Below are positions 18,770 to 29,034 of a DNA stretch of 64,000 bases, one piece after another. The DNA lies in IMG/VR virus record IMGVR_UViG_3300023175_001302; one strand, written 5' to 3'. The notes below the pieces were generated by a model. It was not told the DNA's origin. It was given only the letters and a program-made list of their open reading frames with translations, and did no database searches. Numbering within the stretch: the stretch's first letter is position 1; every line of letters begins with the position of its first letter. Origin of the DNA: an uncultured virus (IMG/VR IMGVR_UViG_3300023175_001302) (lineage: Duplodnaviria; Heunggongvirae; Uroviricota; Caudoviricetes). The translations under genes and the position numbers were made by a program.

Positions 18770-18938
18770 TATTATCTCCTATAAAACAATATAACATATT
18801 TAACAAAATATTACAAGCACTTTTTGCTATGCCAAGAGATATGACCCTATCACATACCGAGATTGATTAGACTCGAACGCCAAATGGTGCTATAACACTA
18901 TAAATAATTGTACACATATACACATAAGGAAAACAAAA

Positions 18939-19187
18939 ATGAAAACAATATACTTATATACAGTAGCTTTTTTCAAAAATGTTTCAAATACTTTAGACTA
19001 TAATAGAAAAGTAAAAGAAACAATCAAAGAATTAAGCAAACTATCAAATAGAGAACTTAACGATATCGGTATCGCACGTGGTGATATCTATTATATTGCA
19101 CACACTTCTTACAAAAAACCAGCAAAAGTTAAAGTTGAAAATAAAACTTTTGTATTTGAAAACGATAACTTAAAAGGATGGGTATAA
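18939..19187 (+). CDS. DUF1127 small protein
   Basis: ELSKLSNRELNDIGIARGDI matches the DUF1127 core; AAGGA SD. Confidence 0.85.
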   Translation: MKTIYLYTVAFFKNVSNTLDYNRKVKETIKELSKLSNRELNDIGIARGDIYYIAHTSYKKPAKVKVENKTFVFENDNLKGWV

Positions 19188-19366
19188 TGACTACATTAGT
19201 AATGAACACAATCGTAAATCCGTTTCGTGGGTTTGGTAAATCACTTTGGACATTCTGCGAAATAGTAGGATACGCAAGAGCTGCATCAGAATTAGCACGC
19301 CAAGGTCTATATGAAGAATCAAAAGCATGTATGTTGCAAGTACAGTCGTTGCGTAATGGGAAGTAA
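19178..19366 (+). CDS. Hypothetical small protein
   Basis: Coupled to the DUF1127 gene; likely start MTTLV (TAATG overlap). Confidence 0.6.
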   Translation: MGIMTTLVMNTIVNPFRGFGKSLWTFCEIVGYARAASELARQGLYEESKACMLQVQSLRNGK

Positions 19367-19378
19367 GAAAGCTATAAT

Positions 19379-20887
19379 TTAACCTTGATAGCCTTCTTTG
19401 CGTTTACATTCGTATACGTCTATATTAGTATCTAAGTAACTACTGTATAGCTTAACGTCATATCCCCATAATTTTTGAACATGTATTAATACTTGTTCAG
19501 CATTCTTTTTGTCTAACCTCTTACCATTAAACGAGTAATGGGTCAAAGTAAGTTCACGGCTTTCTGTGATATCCGCTTCTGTTACTTGAATATCAGGAAT
19601 CATTGCCGCTGTCACGTATTGTTGCGATAGTGCCTTACGCACACGCTTATATCCACGTTCATTATGAATACTGGTTACTTGATAATTGTCATTCTTTTCT
19701 TCATCATGTAGAACAAATAGTTTCCAATCACGAATAACTTTAGGTCCTAAAAACTGTAGAATAGCAGACTCGTCACGGTAGTTCGCAACGATATCTTTAA
19801 TCACATCACGCCAGTTTTGACCTACTATATCTGGAAACCACTCTTCGTCTTCTTTATCTGGTTCTTCACATATACGCTGTACATCTTTAAGGATAGCAAA
19901 GCCCAGTGCGTATGGATTGAACCCTGAATAGTGTTGTGAATTGAAATTCGGTTGATATAACACAGCACTATGAAGTTGAAAAAACTCTAACATCGCACCA
20001 TCATCTACTTTACCCTGATTATATAATTCATTAAAAATATAGTGATGTGTAAATGAAGCAAAACCTTCGTTCATAACTTTTGTTTGATATTGTGGATAGA
20101 AATACTGCGCAATACGTCTTACGATACGACATATTTCACGTTGCCATGGTTGTAATACTGGAGAATGCTTTTCTAAGAAGTATAACAAGTTTTCTTCTGG
20201 TTCTGAAGGCCATATGTATTTTTTATCTTCTCCATCTGTCTTTGTTTTCGGTAATGTTTTCCAAAGTTCATTAACTTGTGATTGCAAATATTCACTTCTG
20301 GCACGTTGTTTTTCTGCTTCACGTTTAGCATTCAACTTTGGCGGACGTTTATATTTGTTGATGCTCTGATACTGAATAGCATGACACGCATCAAGGGTCT
20401 CTTCTACAATCTCAACGCCGTATCTTTCTTCACAGCTTCTTATGTAATTTTTAGCGAATAGCAAATAATCTACAATAGCGTCAGGAGATGTCCATTGCTT
20501 AAACAAATAATTATTTTTAAAGAAGTGATTATGACCAAACGCAGCATGTGCTATAACTAATGCTTGTGTAGTCATAGAATTTTCTTCCATAAGATAGTTA
20601 ATGCATGGATTACTATTAATAACAAGTTCATAAGCAAGTCCCATACGTCCAGCTGTATATTGATGCATGTTACTAATAAAACTTTTACCAAAGCTCCAAT
20701 GGTTATACATTAGTGGCATACCAACAGAACTGTATGCGTCTAACATTTGTTCTACTGTGATGATTTCAATTTGATTAGGGAAACAATCAAGCCCCATGTC
20801 ATTGACTGCGATTTCTTCACACGCATCCATTACAGAATACAGTTTGTCAAAATCCCAATGGGAGCCTGTATAGAGTAATTTACTCAT
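19379..20887 (-). CDS. spoVR: SpoVR/YcgB family protein
   Basis: GMPLMYNHWSFGK, GLAYELVINSNPCI, AHAAFGHNHFFKNN, TKVMNEGFASFTH and NPYALGF. Confidence 0.93.
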   Translation of the reverse strand: MSKLLYTGSHWDFDKLYSVMDACEEIAVNDMGLDCFPNQIEIITVEQMLDAYSSVGMPLMYNHWSFGKSFISNMHQYTAGRMGLAYELVINSNPCINYLMEENSMTTQALVIAHAAFGHNHFFKNNYLFKQWTSPDAIVDYLLFAKNYIRSCEERYGVEIVEETLDACHAIQYQSINKYKRPPKLNAKREAEKQRARSEYLQSQVNELWKTLPKTKTDGEDKKYIWPSEPEENLLYFLEKHSPVLQPWQREICRIVRRIAQYFYPQYQTKVMNEGFASFTHHYIFNELYNQGKVDDGAMLEFFQLHSAVLYQPNFNSQHYSGFNPYALGFAILKDVQRICEEPDKEDEEWFPDIVGQNWRDVIKDIVANYRDESAILQFLGPKVIRDWKLFVLHDEEKNDNYQVTSIHNERGYKRVRKALSQQYVTAAMIPDIQVTEADITESRELTLTHYSFNGKRLDKKNAEQVLIHVQKLWGYDVKLYSSYLDTNIDVYECKRKEGYQG

Positions 20888-22173
20888 TGTTCTTCCCTCT
20901 TTTTAAATATTTCCCTGAACACTGGATATACATCATTACGATTTACTAATTGTTTAGCTATTAAATTATTATTATCTTTTTCTAATTCTTCATATTCTGA
21001 AATAAGATTACCTACTGCGGTATAGTATCCACCCATCCCAACACCTCGAGGTTCACCAACTTGGATATATGAAAAGAATTGTGTGACTGGTAATATATGT
21101 TTTCTAAGAATATCTTTAAGAACTGTATTATCGCTAGACCAATTATCGCCGTCACTTGCTTGTGCGAAGTATATATTCCATTCGCTAGGAGAATATCTTT
21201 CATTAATTATTTCTTTTGCTAATTCAAACGCACTACTAACAATAGTACCACCATTATCTTTACCAGAGAAAAATTCTTCTTCGTCTACTTCGTTTGCTTT
21301 TGTATGGTGTCTAATGAATACACACTTTACTGTTTTGTACTTACGGGATACAAACAAATTAAGAAGCATAAAGAAACGCTTTGCTAAGTCTTTATGAAAC
21401 TCTGTCATACTAGCAGAGACATCCATTACAAAGAATATAACAGCCTGTGAACTAGGTTTAGGTATTTTAGTAAAGTTATTGTATCTTAAATCTACAGGAT
21501 CAATAAAAGAAATTGCTCTTGCTCTAATTCTTAATACACGTATTTCTTCTTCTAGTTCAAGCCTACGTTTTTCATTTTTACAGTTTTCTAATTCTTCTTC
21601 AAGTTCACGTATCTTTTTCAGTTTAGGCTTTTGTAATGCAATACGTCTACCTATACTATTTACCATTGATTTTTCTAGATTGAGTTGAGCAGGGTTACCT
21701 TCATTTGTATACCCAGAACGTGCTATTTCCCATTTCTTTACTACACGATTTTCTTTTGGTATCATGTGTGGCAGTTCTAAATCTTCAAACAAAATGTTTA
21801 CAAATTCATCGTTGCTTAACGCAAAAGAAAAATCATCTTCTCCTTCACCATCAGGAGAACCTTCGTGTCCGACTCCACCACCACCGCCTTTTGGTTTTTC
21901 AAGTAGATCACCTTCAGTATATTCTTCATTTCCTGGAAGTACAATATCACGTGAACCACTCTGAGGATCATGTCCAAACTGTGGTTCATTTATACCTTTA
22001 CGTTGTATCGTAACGCCATGTTCATCGCCTGATCCTGATATTTTTCTTTTACCAAGACTATCGTATACACTTTTGCGTATTTGTTCTTTGTTTCTTTTCA
22101 GAAACTTTTGACGATTGTTTGAACTTTTACCGCCTGGATTTTTGCGTCTATCAATAATAGTATTGTTAGGCAT
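20884..22173 (-). CDS. yeaH: YeaH/YhbH (DUF444) vWA-domain protein
   Basis: IIDRRKN..KS..NRQKF, PGNEEY, MDVSASM (MIDAS-like), FIRHHT, GGTIVSSA and AQASDGDNW. Confidence 0.93.
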   Translation of the reverse strand: MPNNTIIDRRKNPGGKSSNNRQKFLKRNKEQIRKSVYDSLGKRKISGSGDEHGVTIQRKGINEPQFGHDPQSGSRDIVLPGNEEYTEGDLLEKPKGGGGGVGHEGSPDGEGEDDFSFALSNDEFVNILFEDLELPHMIPKENRVVKKWEIARSGYTNEGNPAQLNLEKSMVNSIGRRIALQKPKLKKIRELEEELENCKNEKRRLELEEEIRVLRIRARAISFIDPVDLRYNNFTKIPKPSSQAVIFFVMDVSASMTEFHKDLAKRFFMLLNLFVSRKYKTVKCVFIRHHTKANEVDEEEFFSGKDNGGTIVSSAFELAKEIINERYSPSEWNIYFAQASDGDNWSSDNTVLKDILRKHILPVTQFFSYIQVGEPRGVGMGGYYTAVGNLISEYEELEKDNNNLIAKQLVNRNDVYPVFREIFKKREEQ

Positions 22174-22184
22174 GTTATCGTCCT

Positions 22185-24119
22185 CTAGTTAGACTTCTGG
22201 ACACGCATATACCATTCTACTAATCGTTTCACTTGACGTTCTGTGTAACCCTTTTCAGTCATACGTGATACGAAATCATCATGCTTCTGCTGGTCGTCTT
22301 TTGACTTCTTACTACCGAATGAGATTACTGGTAGTAGTTCTTCTGTGCCAGCGAACATCTTATGTTCGATAACTTCTTTCATTTTTTCGTATGCCGTCCA
22401 AGGAGGGTTGTTGCCTTCGTGCTTCGCTCTTGCTCTTAGAACCCAATTGACTACTTCGTTACGGAAGTCTTTAGGATTTGCGATACTTGCTGGCTTTTCA
22501 ATCTTTTCTAGTTCTTCATTTAGAATATCTCTATCAAATAAATTTCCAGTGTCTGGGTCTTTGAAGTCAATTTTCTGTATCCAATGATCCGCATATTCTA
22601 TATATCTATCAAATAAATTTTGTCCGTATTCTGAATAGCTTTCTAGGTATGCTTTTTGAATTTCATTACCTACTTGTTCTGCATACTTTACTGCTAGATG
22701 ATCCTTAATAAATCCAAGTAGCTTTTGTTCATGTTCTTCTGGGAACTGTTCACGTTTGATAGCTGTTTCTAGCACATACATCAAATGCACTGGATCAGCA
22801 GCAACTTCATTTGGATCAAAGTTAAATGTTTGTGACAAAATCTTAAATGCGAAACGTGTTGACATACCTGACATGCCTTCATCTACGCCGGCACTGTCTT
22901 TATATTCTTGCATTGACTTTGCTTTTGGATCTACATCATGTAGATTTTCACCATCGTAGATACGCATCTTTGCTGCTAGTGTTGAATTTTCATGCTCTTT
23001 CAAACGTGACAGAATTGAAAACTGTGCTAACATATCAAGTGTATGTGCTGCACATTTACTATCATCGAGACCTGATGATTTAAGCATCTTGTCATAGATT
23101 GCTGTTTCTTCTGATACACGTAGACAGTAAGGGACTTTAACGATGTAAACACGATCCAAGAACGCTTCGTTGTTCTTGTTGTTTCTGAATGCTTCCCATT
23201 CGCTTTCGTTGGAGTGTGCAACTACTACGCCGTTAAATGGGATTGCTGAGATGCCCTCAGTGCCCATATAGTTACCTTCTTGTGTCGCTGTTAGCAGTGG
23301 GTGTAGAACTTTGATAGGAGCTTTAAACATCTCCACGAATTCCATCATACCCTGGTTACCACGACATAGACCGCCACTAAACGCATATGAGTCTGGGTCA
23401 TTCTGTGAGAAGTATTCTAGTTTACGAATATCTGTCTTACCAACTAGTGACGAAATATCTTGGTTGTTATCATCGCCAGGTTCTGTCTTCATAATACCGA
23501 TTTGTTTTAGTTTTGAAGGATACATTTTTACAACAGAAAACTTACTAAGGTCTCCTTCAAATTCTTCTAATCTTTTAACTGCCCATGGAGAAAGTAGACC
23601 AGACAAGTAACGAGAAGGTACACCATATTTTTCTTCAAAGTCACTTCCGAAATCTTGTGGATTAAATAATCCAAGTGGTGTTTCAAACACTGGAGATATT
23701 TCATCACCTGCTTTTAGAACATAAATAGGATGCTTTTCCATAAGTTCTTTTAGTCGCTCTGCTAGTGATGATTTACCTCCACCTACTGGTCCTAATAGAT
23801 AAAGAACTTGTTTCTTTTCCTCTAGTCCCTGTGATGAATGTCTGAAGTATGCTACTAATCTTTCAATTGCTTCTTCCATACCATAGAAATCCTTGAAAGC
23901 AGGATATACTTTAATTGTTCTGTTTAGAAAAATTCTACTAAGTCTAGGATCTGAACTTGTATCTACAACTTCCGGCTCACCGATTGCATCTAGCATTCTT
24001 TCTGCAGCGGTTGCGTATGCTAATTTATCTTCTTTACAAAGATCAAGATAGTCTGTCAGTGACATTTCATCTTCTTTTTTACTAGCATAAATTTTGTTAA
24101 ACTTTTTTAAAACACTCAT
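22185..24119 (-). CDS. prkA: PrkA/YeaG family AAA+ serine kinase
   Basis: LLGPVGGGKSSLAE, TEPGDDNNQDISSLVGK, EFVEMFKAPIKVLHPLLTATQEG and NNEAFLDR. Confidence 0.95.
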   Translation of the reverse strand: MSVLKKFNKIYASKKEDEMSLTDYLDLCKEDKLAYATAAERMLDAIGEPEVVDTSSDPRLSRIFLNRTIKVYPAFKDFYGMEEAIERLVAYFRHSSQGLEEKKQVLYLLGPVGGGKSSLAERLKELMEKHPIYVLKAGDEISPVFETPLGLFNPQDFGSDFEEKYGVPSRYLSGLLSPWAVKRLEEFEGDLSKFSVVKMYPSKLKQIGIMKTEPGDDNNQDISSLVGKTDIRKLEYFSQNDPDSYAFSGGLCRGNQGMMEFVEMFKAPIKVLHPLLTATQEGNYMGTEGISAIPFNGVVVAHSNESEWEAFRNNKNNEAFLDRVYIVKVPYCLRVSEETAIYDKMLKSSGLDDSKCAAHTLDMLAQFSILSRLKEHENSTLAAKMRIYDGENLHDVDPKAKSMQEYKDSAGVDEGMSGMSTRFAFKILSQTFNFDPNEVAADPVHLMYVLETAIKREQFPEEHEQKLLGFIKDHLAVKYAEQVGNEIQKAYLESYSEYGQNLFDRYIEYADHWIQKIDFKDPDTGNLFDRDILNEELEKIEKPASIANPKDFRNEVVNWVLRARAKHEGNNPPWTAYEKMKEVIEHKMFAGTEELLPVISFGSKKSKDDQQKHDDFVSRMTEKGYTERQVKRLVEWYMRVQKSN

Positions 24120-24160
24120 TTTGCTCTAGTTCTCCGTCGTTTTTTATATACTATTACTTA

Positions 24161-25003
24161 TCATTTTTCTACGAATATGTTTTTAACATTTCCTTTAAAT
24201 ATATAGTGGCCCACGTGATCTAAGTTAACTAGTGGATCTAACCATACCTCACCGCCCAATGCCTGCCAGCGGCGACAGAACGCATAATCTTCTGACAAAA
24301 ATCTTTTTGTTTCAGGCTCATGCATTGTATCGAAAAAGAGATAAGTCCATTTTTCAAATTCTGGATCTAAATGTAAATCATTATTGAAGTATAACTCAGG
24401 ATATGATTCAATCATTTTTTCAATTACTGAACGTTTTATCAGCATAAATCCAGTTGCTGCGTCTTTTAACTCTACTAATCCATTTGTAAACTGTACACCT
24501 TTATCTGTTTCATTATCTATAAATTTGAAATTTAAAGCATAGTTTGCACCGTGCGATGCTAACATGTCAGTATCAACTTCTGGATCGTTTGTTATTGTTT
24601 TTTTGATATGTTTCCAACCTATATCTTTTTTAGGATATGCACCCACGATAATATCTTTATCATGTTGTAACATATGTAAAATATCTAAAGCATCAAAATT
24701 AATATCTGCGTCAATAAACATTAAATGCGTTGCGTTTGGATTTGCCATCATATAAGCAACCATGTGACAGCGGGCCCTTGATACAAGAGACTCGTTTGCT
24801 GATGTTGTTACTGAATATGGGATTTGATACTTTGTGAACATCATATGCGCTCTACTCCAAGAGCGAAAAAATGGTTCAGTTATTTGTCCACCGTAGCATG
24901 GTGTACAATAATGTACATGCGTATTTTTAATAAATTCTAAATCAATTTCTTTTCTAAATTGTTTTAGATTTTCTATTATCTGTTGGCTCAATCTTACTTC
25001 CAC
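24161..25003 (-). CDS. GT-A fold glycosyltransferase-like protein
   Basis: TPCYGG, ESLVSRAR, THLMFIDADI (DxD), TGFMLIKR and LSEDYAFC. Confidence 0.75.
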   Translation of the reverse strand: MEVRLSQQIIENLKQFRKEIDLEFIKNTHVHYCTPCYGGQITEPFFRSWSRAHMMFTKYQIPYSVTTSANESLVSRARCHMVAYMMANPNATHLMFIDADINFDALDILHMLQHDKDIIVGAYPKKDIGWKHIKKTITNDPEVDTDMLASHGANYALNFKFIDNETDKGVQFTNGLVELKDAATGFMLIKRSVIEKMIESYPELYFNNDLHLDPEFEKWTYLFFDTMHEPETKRFLSEDYAFCRRWQALGGEVWLDPLVNLDHVGHYIFKGNVKNIFVEK

Positions 25004-25050
25004 TTCAATGTGTTTATACTACTAGATAATAATAGGATCTGGTCCCAAAG

Positions 25051-25785
25051 TCAAGACTTTTCCTCTTCTTTATCATCTTTTTTATTAACGTCTGAAGTTT
25101 TCGCTTGTCCCCAATTTGGATTTGCTAACCAAGATTTAGCTGCACGGGATGATGGGGGTGTAACCAAAAATTTGTCAATTGACTTTTCAACATTTTTGAA
25201 ATTTTCAGCACGTTCAGGATCTTCTAAGCCGCCACTGTTATCTATAACGTGGAAGTTAGCTGCGCCAAATATTTGTTGAAATTTCATAAGATTATCTTGT
25301 ACGGTACGCCACATCTTAGTAACCATTTCAGAAGGTATACTTCTAGGGCGCTGTAAATTTCTATCTTGTGCTACTTCTTCGCTTGTGTTTACAAATAGCA
25401 TCATTGTATCATAACCTAGTGCTTTTAGTTTTTCATTAGCTTTTGATACTTTAGCAACATCTTTGCCAGTGCCGTCAATGATCATTCCAAGTCTACCATC
25501 AATATAAACATGCTCTTTACCTTTTGTTAACTCTTTAGCACGATTACGTGTAGCTTGTCCAGCATCACTACCAATGGTTTCTGGATCTAATGGCATATCT
25601 TGTTTTTTCATAAGATATTCAAATATATCATCGCTGTTTACAGTTTTAAGTCCTGTACCAGATAATAGTTTAGATGCGACAAATGATTTTCCACTTCCAG
25701 GTCCGCCTGCCATAAATACTGCTTTGAAAATATGAGGATCGTTTGGACCCTCTTCCAGTGGACTTATAATATCATTGACTTTCAT
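25051..25785 (-). CDS. P-loop kinase (AAA_33 / zeta toxin / PNK-kinase-like)
   Basis: AGGPGSGKS, VNSDD, IIDGTG and RNLQR; late promoter upstream. Confidence 0.75.
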   Translation of the reverse strand: MKVNDIISPLEEGPNDPHIFKAVFMAGGPGSGKSFVASKLLSGTGLKTVNSDDIFEYLMKKQDMPLDPETIGSDAGQATRNRAKELTKGKEHVYIDGRLGMIIDGTGKDVAKVSKANEKLKALGYDTMMLFVNTSEEVAQDRNLQRPRSIPSEMVTKMWRTVQDNLMKFQQIFGAANFHVIDNSGGLEDPERAENFKNVEKSIDKFLVTPPSSRAAKSWLANPNWGQAKTSDVNKKDDKEEEKS

Positions 25786-25809
25786 GGTAAAACTCCAATT
25801 AATTTATAG

Positions 25810-25817
25810 TATTTATC
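25810..25817 (-). promoter_or_regulatory. T4-type late promoter motif GATAAATA (representative copy)
   Basis: The same motif lies just upstream of gene starts at 4610, 8841, 11016, 31537, 34431, 36396, 36896, 38062, 38441, 41328 and 48269; it resembles the T4 gp55 consensus TATAAATA. Confidence 0.7.
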
Positions 25818-27879
25818 ATTCGCCGTTATAAATGGCTTGTGCTTTAATTGAGTTCCAAGACCTAATCTCATTATCTACTTTTAGTCTTAAAGATTTTAAT
25901 ATCTTATCTTGTTTTGGATATATATCATCTCTGTATAAAACTTTTAATTCTTGTTCTTTAGCACTATCCAAATCCCCACCAGGTGTAGTATATCTCATTT
26001 CTTCTACACGATTACGTAATGATCTAGCTTCACGCTCTAGGTTCATAAGATTTTCTTCAATAATTCTGGATTGTCTTTTTTGACTTTCATCACGGAATTT
26101 TGCTTGATCCAAATATCTTTGTATCTCTTTATATGTAACTTGTGCGTCTGAACGTATTTCCATCATTCTTGGGAATATTTCATTTCTCCACGATTTAACT
26201 GCTCCTGAATTTACAGTAATTGGAATTAACTGCCTATCTTTGTTATCAAAAGATGGTATACTTAAATCAGTATCTATAATTTTTGCTAAACGTGTCGCTG
26301 ATGAAATAGCAGGATTCATTGCGTCATTTAGCGATGCTGCTAAATCGCTTAACGCATTTTGATTTAGTGAACCTCTATCAAGACCACTTAAAGTATCAAT
26401 GCTAGGAGGTGATTCCAACTCTGGAACTTCTAATCTACTAGGCAAATCTTGTCTCAATCTTTCAATAATAGAATTATTAGCTGATACAGAGTTACTTCCA
26501 GTTACTGGCTTTTCTACTATTTTTGTCTGTCCATCTGAACCGATAACTGTTTCAAAGTTAGATGTAAATATACCAGACAGATCATCAAACAAGTCAAATA
26601 GATAAGCATTTATAGGTTGATATATACCTGCTAGTGAACTAAACGGTGACTGTGGGACACCAGAACTTTTACTTGCTTTATCTTTTGCTTCTGCCATGCG
26701 CATATTCACAGCATTTTTATTTGCTCTTGGATCTGTTTCTGTTGGTATTACAAATCTAGGTGTAGGTACTGCTAACGGCGCATTAAGTAAATTCGCCGCT
26801 GATTTTAGTTCATCTGAGCCAGTGTTCAATAGTACTGCTAATTTACAAGGATCTAACATAGCACCAGCCATTGCGATTGATTTTAGCTTACTAGTAATTT
26901 GATCCATCATATTAGAAAGACCTGCGATTTCTCCAGCAATCTGGTTAGTTATACTTGATATAGCATTAAGAGCACCTGATGCTAAACCGCCTAATGTACC
27001 TAGTGTTGCTCCTAGACCACCTAATGCGCTATTAACAATACTAGACAAACCACTAATAATGTTACTAATGTTATCTGATATACCACCAACTAAACCATTG
27101 ATTATACCCGATAAACCATTTTTTACTGTATCAAAGAAACCTAAAATCCCGGTGCCTTCCAGTATATTCATAATAGAATTCCCAGCATTATTAAGAAGAT
27201 CAAATGCACCATCAAATGCACCTGACATAATGCCCATTAGTTCATTGAAAAGAGAACAACTAGTATCACGCTCCCCGAACTGTGCGTTTAAACCTGCTAG
27301 TGTGTCTGCGTCTTCTAATGTTTGTGGCAAATCTAGTATTTGATTTTCAGTATGGGATTTTAAACTATTAAACATATCAATAGCAAGACCGCCAATTATG
27401 GCACCTTTTAAAATATCATCAAATTTAACACCTGTATTACTAAGAACTGCTGCTAAAATTGTACTTTTTGTTAGACTGCTTCCGCCTAAATTTGTATCTG
27501 ACAATAAATTGAATACAATATTAGTATCACTAAGAGCAGACACTCCTGGGTGAGCAGAATATGTTGTATAGTTAGCAATCCCGTTAGAAGCAACTGATAG
27601 GTATGGATTACTGAAATTATTTGATGCTATCTCACTTGAAATTATACCTAGAGCTTTTTGTCTATTAAATTGCTCTTCAGTTGCATTTAAGTCAGCTAAC
27701 GTAGATGGGTCTAGACCAATATTATTCGATTGATCATAATATGATACTGGAGTGTTTACTGCTTCGCCTAAACTTTCAAGTATCGCAGAGTCAGACGTAG
27801 GAGTGTTGGTTGATGTTAAAGCACCACCTCCTTTTCTTATAAACTCCTGGTATAGTCTTTCAAACTCTGCTTCGCTCAT
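25816..27879 (-). CDS. Large putative virion/baseplate-associated protein
   Basis: Gly/Ala/Ser-rich amphipathic middle region; directly follows the PAAR gene. Confidence 0.55.
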   Translation of the reverse strand: MSEAEFERLYQEFIRKGGGALTSTNTPTSDSAILESLGEAVNTPVSYYDQSNNIGLDPSTLADLNATEEQFNRQKALGIISSEIASNNFSNPYLSVASNGIANYTTYSAHPGVSALSDTNIVFNLLSDTNLGGSSLTKSTILAAVLSNTGVKFDDILKGAIIGGLAIDMFNSLKSHTENQILDLPQTLEDADTLAGLNAQFGERDTSCSLFNELMGIMSGAFDGAFDLLNNAGNSIMNILEGTGILGFFDTVKNGLSGIINGLVGGISDNISNIISGLSSIVNSALGGLGATLGTLGGLASGALNAISSITNQIAGEIAGLSNMMDQITSKLKSIAMAGAMLDPCKLAVLLNTGSDELKSAANLLNAPLAVPTPRFVIPTETDPRANKNAVNMRMAEAKDKASKSSGVPQSPFSSLAGIYQPINAYLFDLFDDLSGIFTSNFETVIGSDGQTKIVEKPVTGSNSVSANNSIIERLRQDLPSRLEVPELESPPSIDTLSGLDRGSLNQNALSDLAASLNDAMNPAISSATRLAKIIDTDLSIPSFDNKDRQLIPITVNSGAVKSWRNEIFPRMMEIRSDAQVTYKEIQRYLDQAKFRDESQKRQSRIIEENLMNLEREARSLRNRVEEMRYTTPGGDLDSAKEQELKVLYRDDIYPKQDKILKSLRLKVDNEIRSWNSIKAQAIYNGE

Positions 27880-27883
27880 CTTT

Positions 27884-28198
27884 TTATCCGTTAGCTATTA
27901 CGTTACTCGATCCACTTGCTACACGAATGCCGCAACTAAATGAATCGTTTATTCTTCCTAATGGTCGACCATTTACATACACGTTCGGTGAACCCGCTGC
28001 CAATGGTGTTGTGTGTGGTATACAAATGATACCGGTTGGTGTAGAATGCGGCACACCGTGTGGTGTATCTCTGTCACCTTTTCTAAAAGCCAACTTACCA
28101 TTAATAATCACATTTTCAGAACCAATAGAACATTGTCCAGGTCCGCAGGGATTGTGTGCTGTAGTTCTATCTGTTGTTCTCGCTGCTCCTGGCATCAA
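27884..28198 (-). CDS. PAAR spike-tip protein (T4 gp5.4-like)
   Basis: PGAARTTD..H, GSENVIING..A.RKGD..H, GSPNVYVNGRPLGRIND..CG..ASGSSNV. Confidence 0.9.
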   Translation of the reverse strand: MMPGAARTTDRTTAHNPCGPGQCSIGSENVIINGKLAFRKGDRDTPHGVPHSTPTGIICIPHTTPLAAGSPNVYVNGRPLGRINDSFSCGIRVASGSSNVIANG

Positions 28199-28539
28199 TC
28201 TTCCTGTTCTGATTTTTCTAATTCATCAAATTCTTCTATCGCTTGCTTGATAACTTCTTTGTAATTATCAGCATGTCCTTGCCAGGTTTTCATAGATGAA
28301 ATTATTGTTGATTTATTAATAATTATGTCGCTATTAGATTTCCCAGTCACTGAAAACGGAATGAAATTATAACCGCCTTCTGGGTTACCATCAGATGGTG
28401 GATTAGGAATAATATGCGCAGGACAATTTAGTGTAATTGTGTTTTCATCTTCTGATACAAACACACCTAAGGTCTCTGGCATACTAGGCATAACTACTGT
28501 GACTACATCGCCTTCTTTATATTTCTTTTCTACAAGCAT
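28195..28539 (-). CDS. Hypothetical protein (Sm-like fold possible)
   Basis: GDVVTV...GVFVSEDENTITL pattern. Confidence 0.55.
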   Translation of the reverse strand: MLVEKKYKEGDVVTVVMPSMPETLGVFVSEDENTITLNCPAHIIPNPPSDGNPEGGYNFIPFSVTGKSNSDIIINKSTIISSMKTWQGHADNYKEVIKQAIEEFDELEKSEQED

Positions 28540-28587
28540 TATATACTCCTGTTTTATACTGTATTTATTTCTTTATTATATACTAAG

Positions 28588-29034
28588 TTATTTTTTATCT
28601 CTGAATTTTAGAGTTTCTAGTATAAAATCTTGTGAATGACGCTCTATTACATTTAAATCATCTTTAACGTCTTCATACTTTTCAAGTTTACCACTGCGTC
28701 TATTTAATACATATCCGTCAACAACACATATCAAATATATGTCGCCATGTAGCAAATCATGTACTAATAATAATTCTGGATTTTTATTTGAATGTGAATG
28801 ATGTACTGTATAAAAACAACCTAAACCATTACCGCTATTTGTGTAAAACTCTTCGTTAATATATTCCCAAACATCAGGCCAAGTTTTTGGATTATCATAG
28901 TCAAATCCTTGAGCATGATAATCCAATTGTTTCCACCAGTCTATGACTTCTTGTAAGTTTTTTTCTGTAAAGTTATTTTTAACTTTCAGACGTAATTGAC
29001 GCCACTCATAAAGTAGCGTAGATTTGTCTTTCAT
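28588..29034 (-). CDS. Hypothetical protein
   Basis: ORF coupled to the upstream structural gene. Confidence 0.6.
   Translation of the reverse strand: MKDKSTLLYEWRQLRLKVKNNFTEKNLQEVIDWWKQLDYHAQGFDYDNPKTWPDVWEYINEEFYTNSGNGLGCFYTVHHSHSNKNPELLLVHDLLHGDIYLICVVDGYVLNRRSGKLEKYEDVKDDLNVIERHSQDFILETLKFRDKK

Noticed and set aside
1..24119. Left third as bacterial chromosome flanking a prophage
   Set aside because: Host-like genes are interleaved with phage-type hypotheticals, share the same late and early promoter motifs and strand bias as the virion and replication genes, and no integrase or att boundary is seen.
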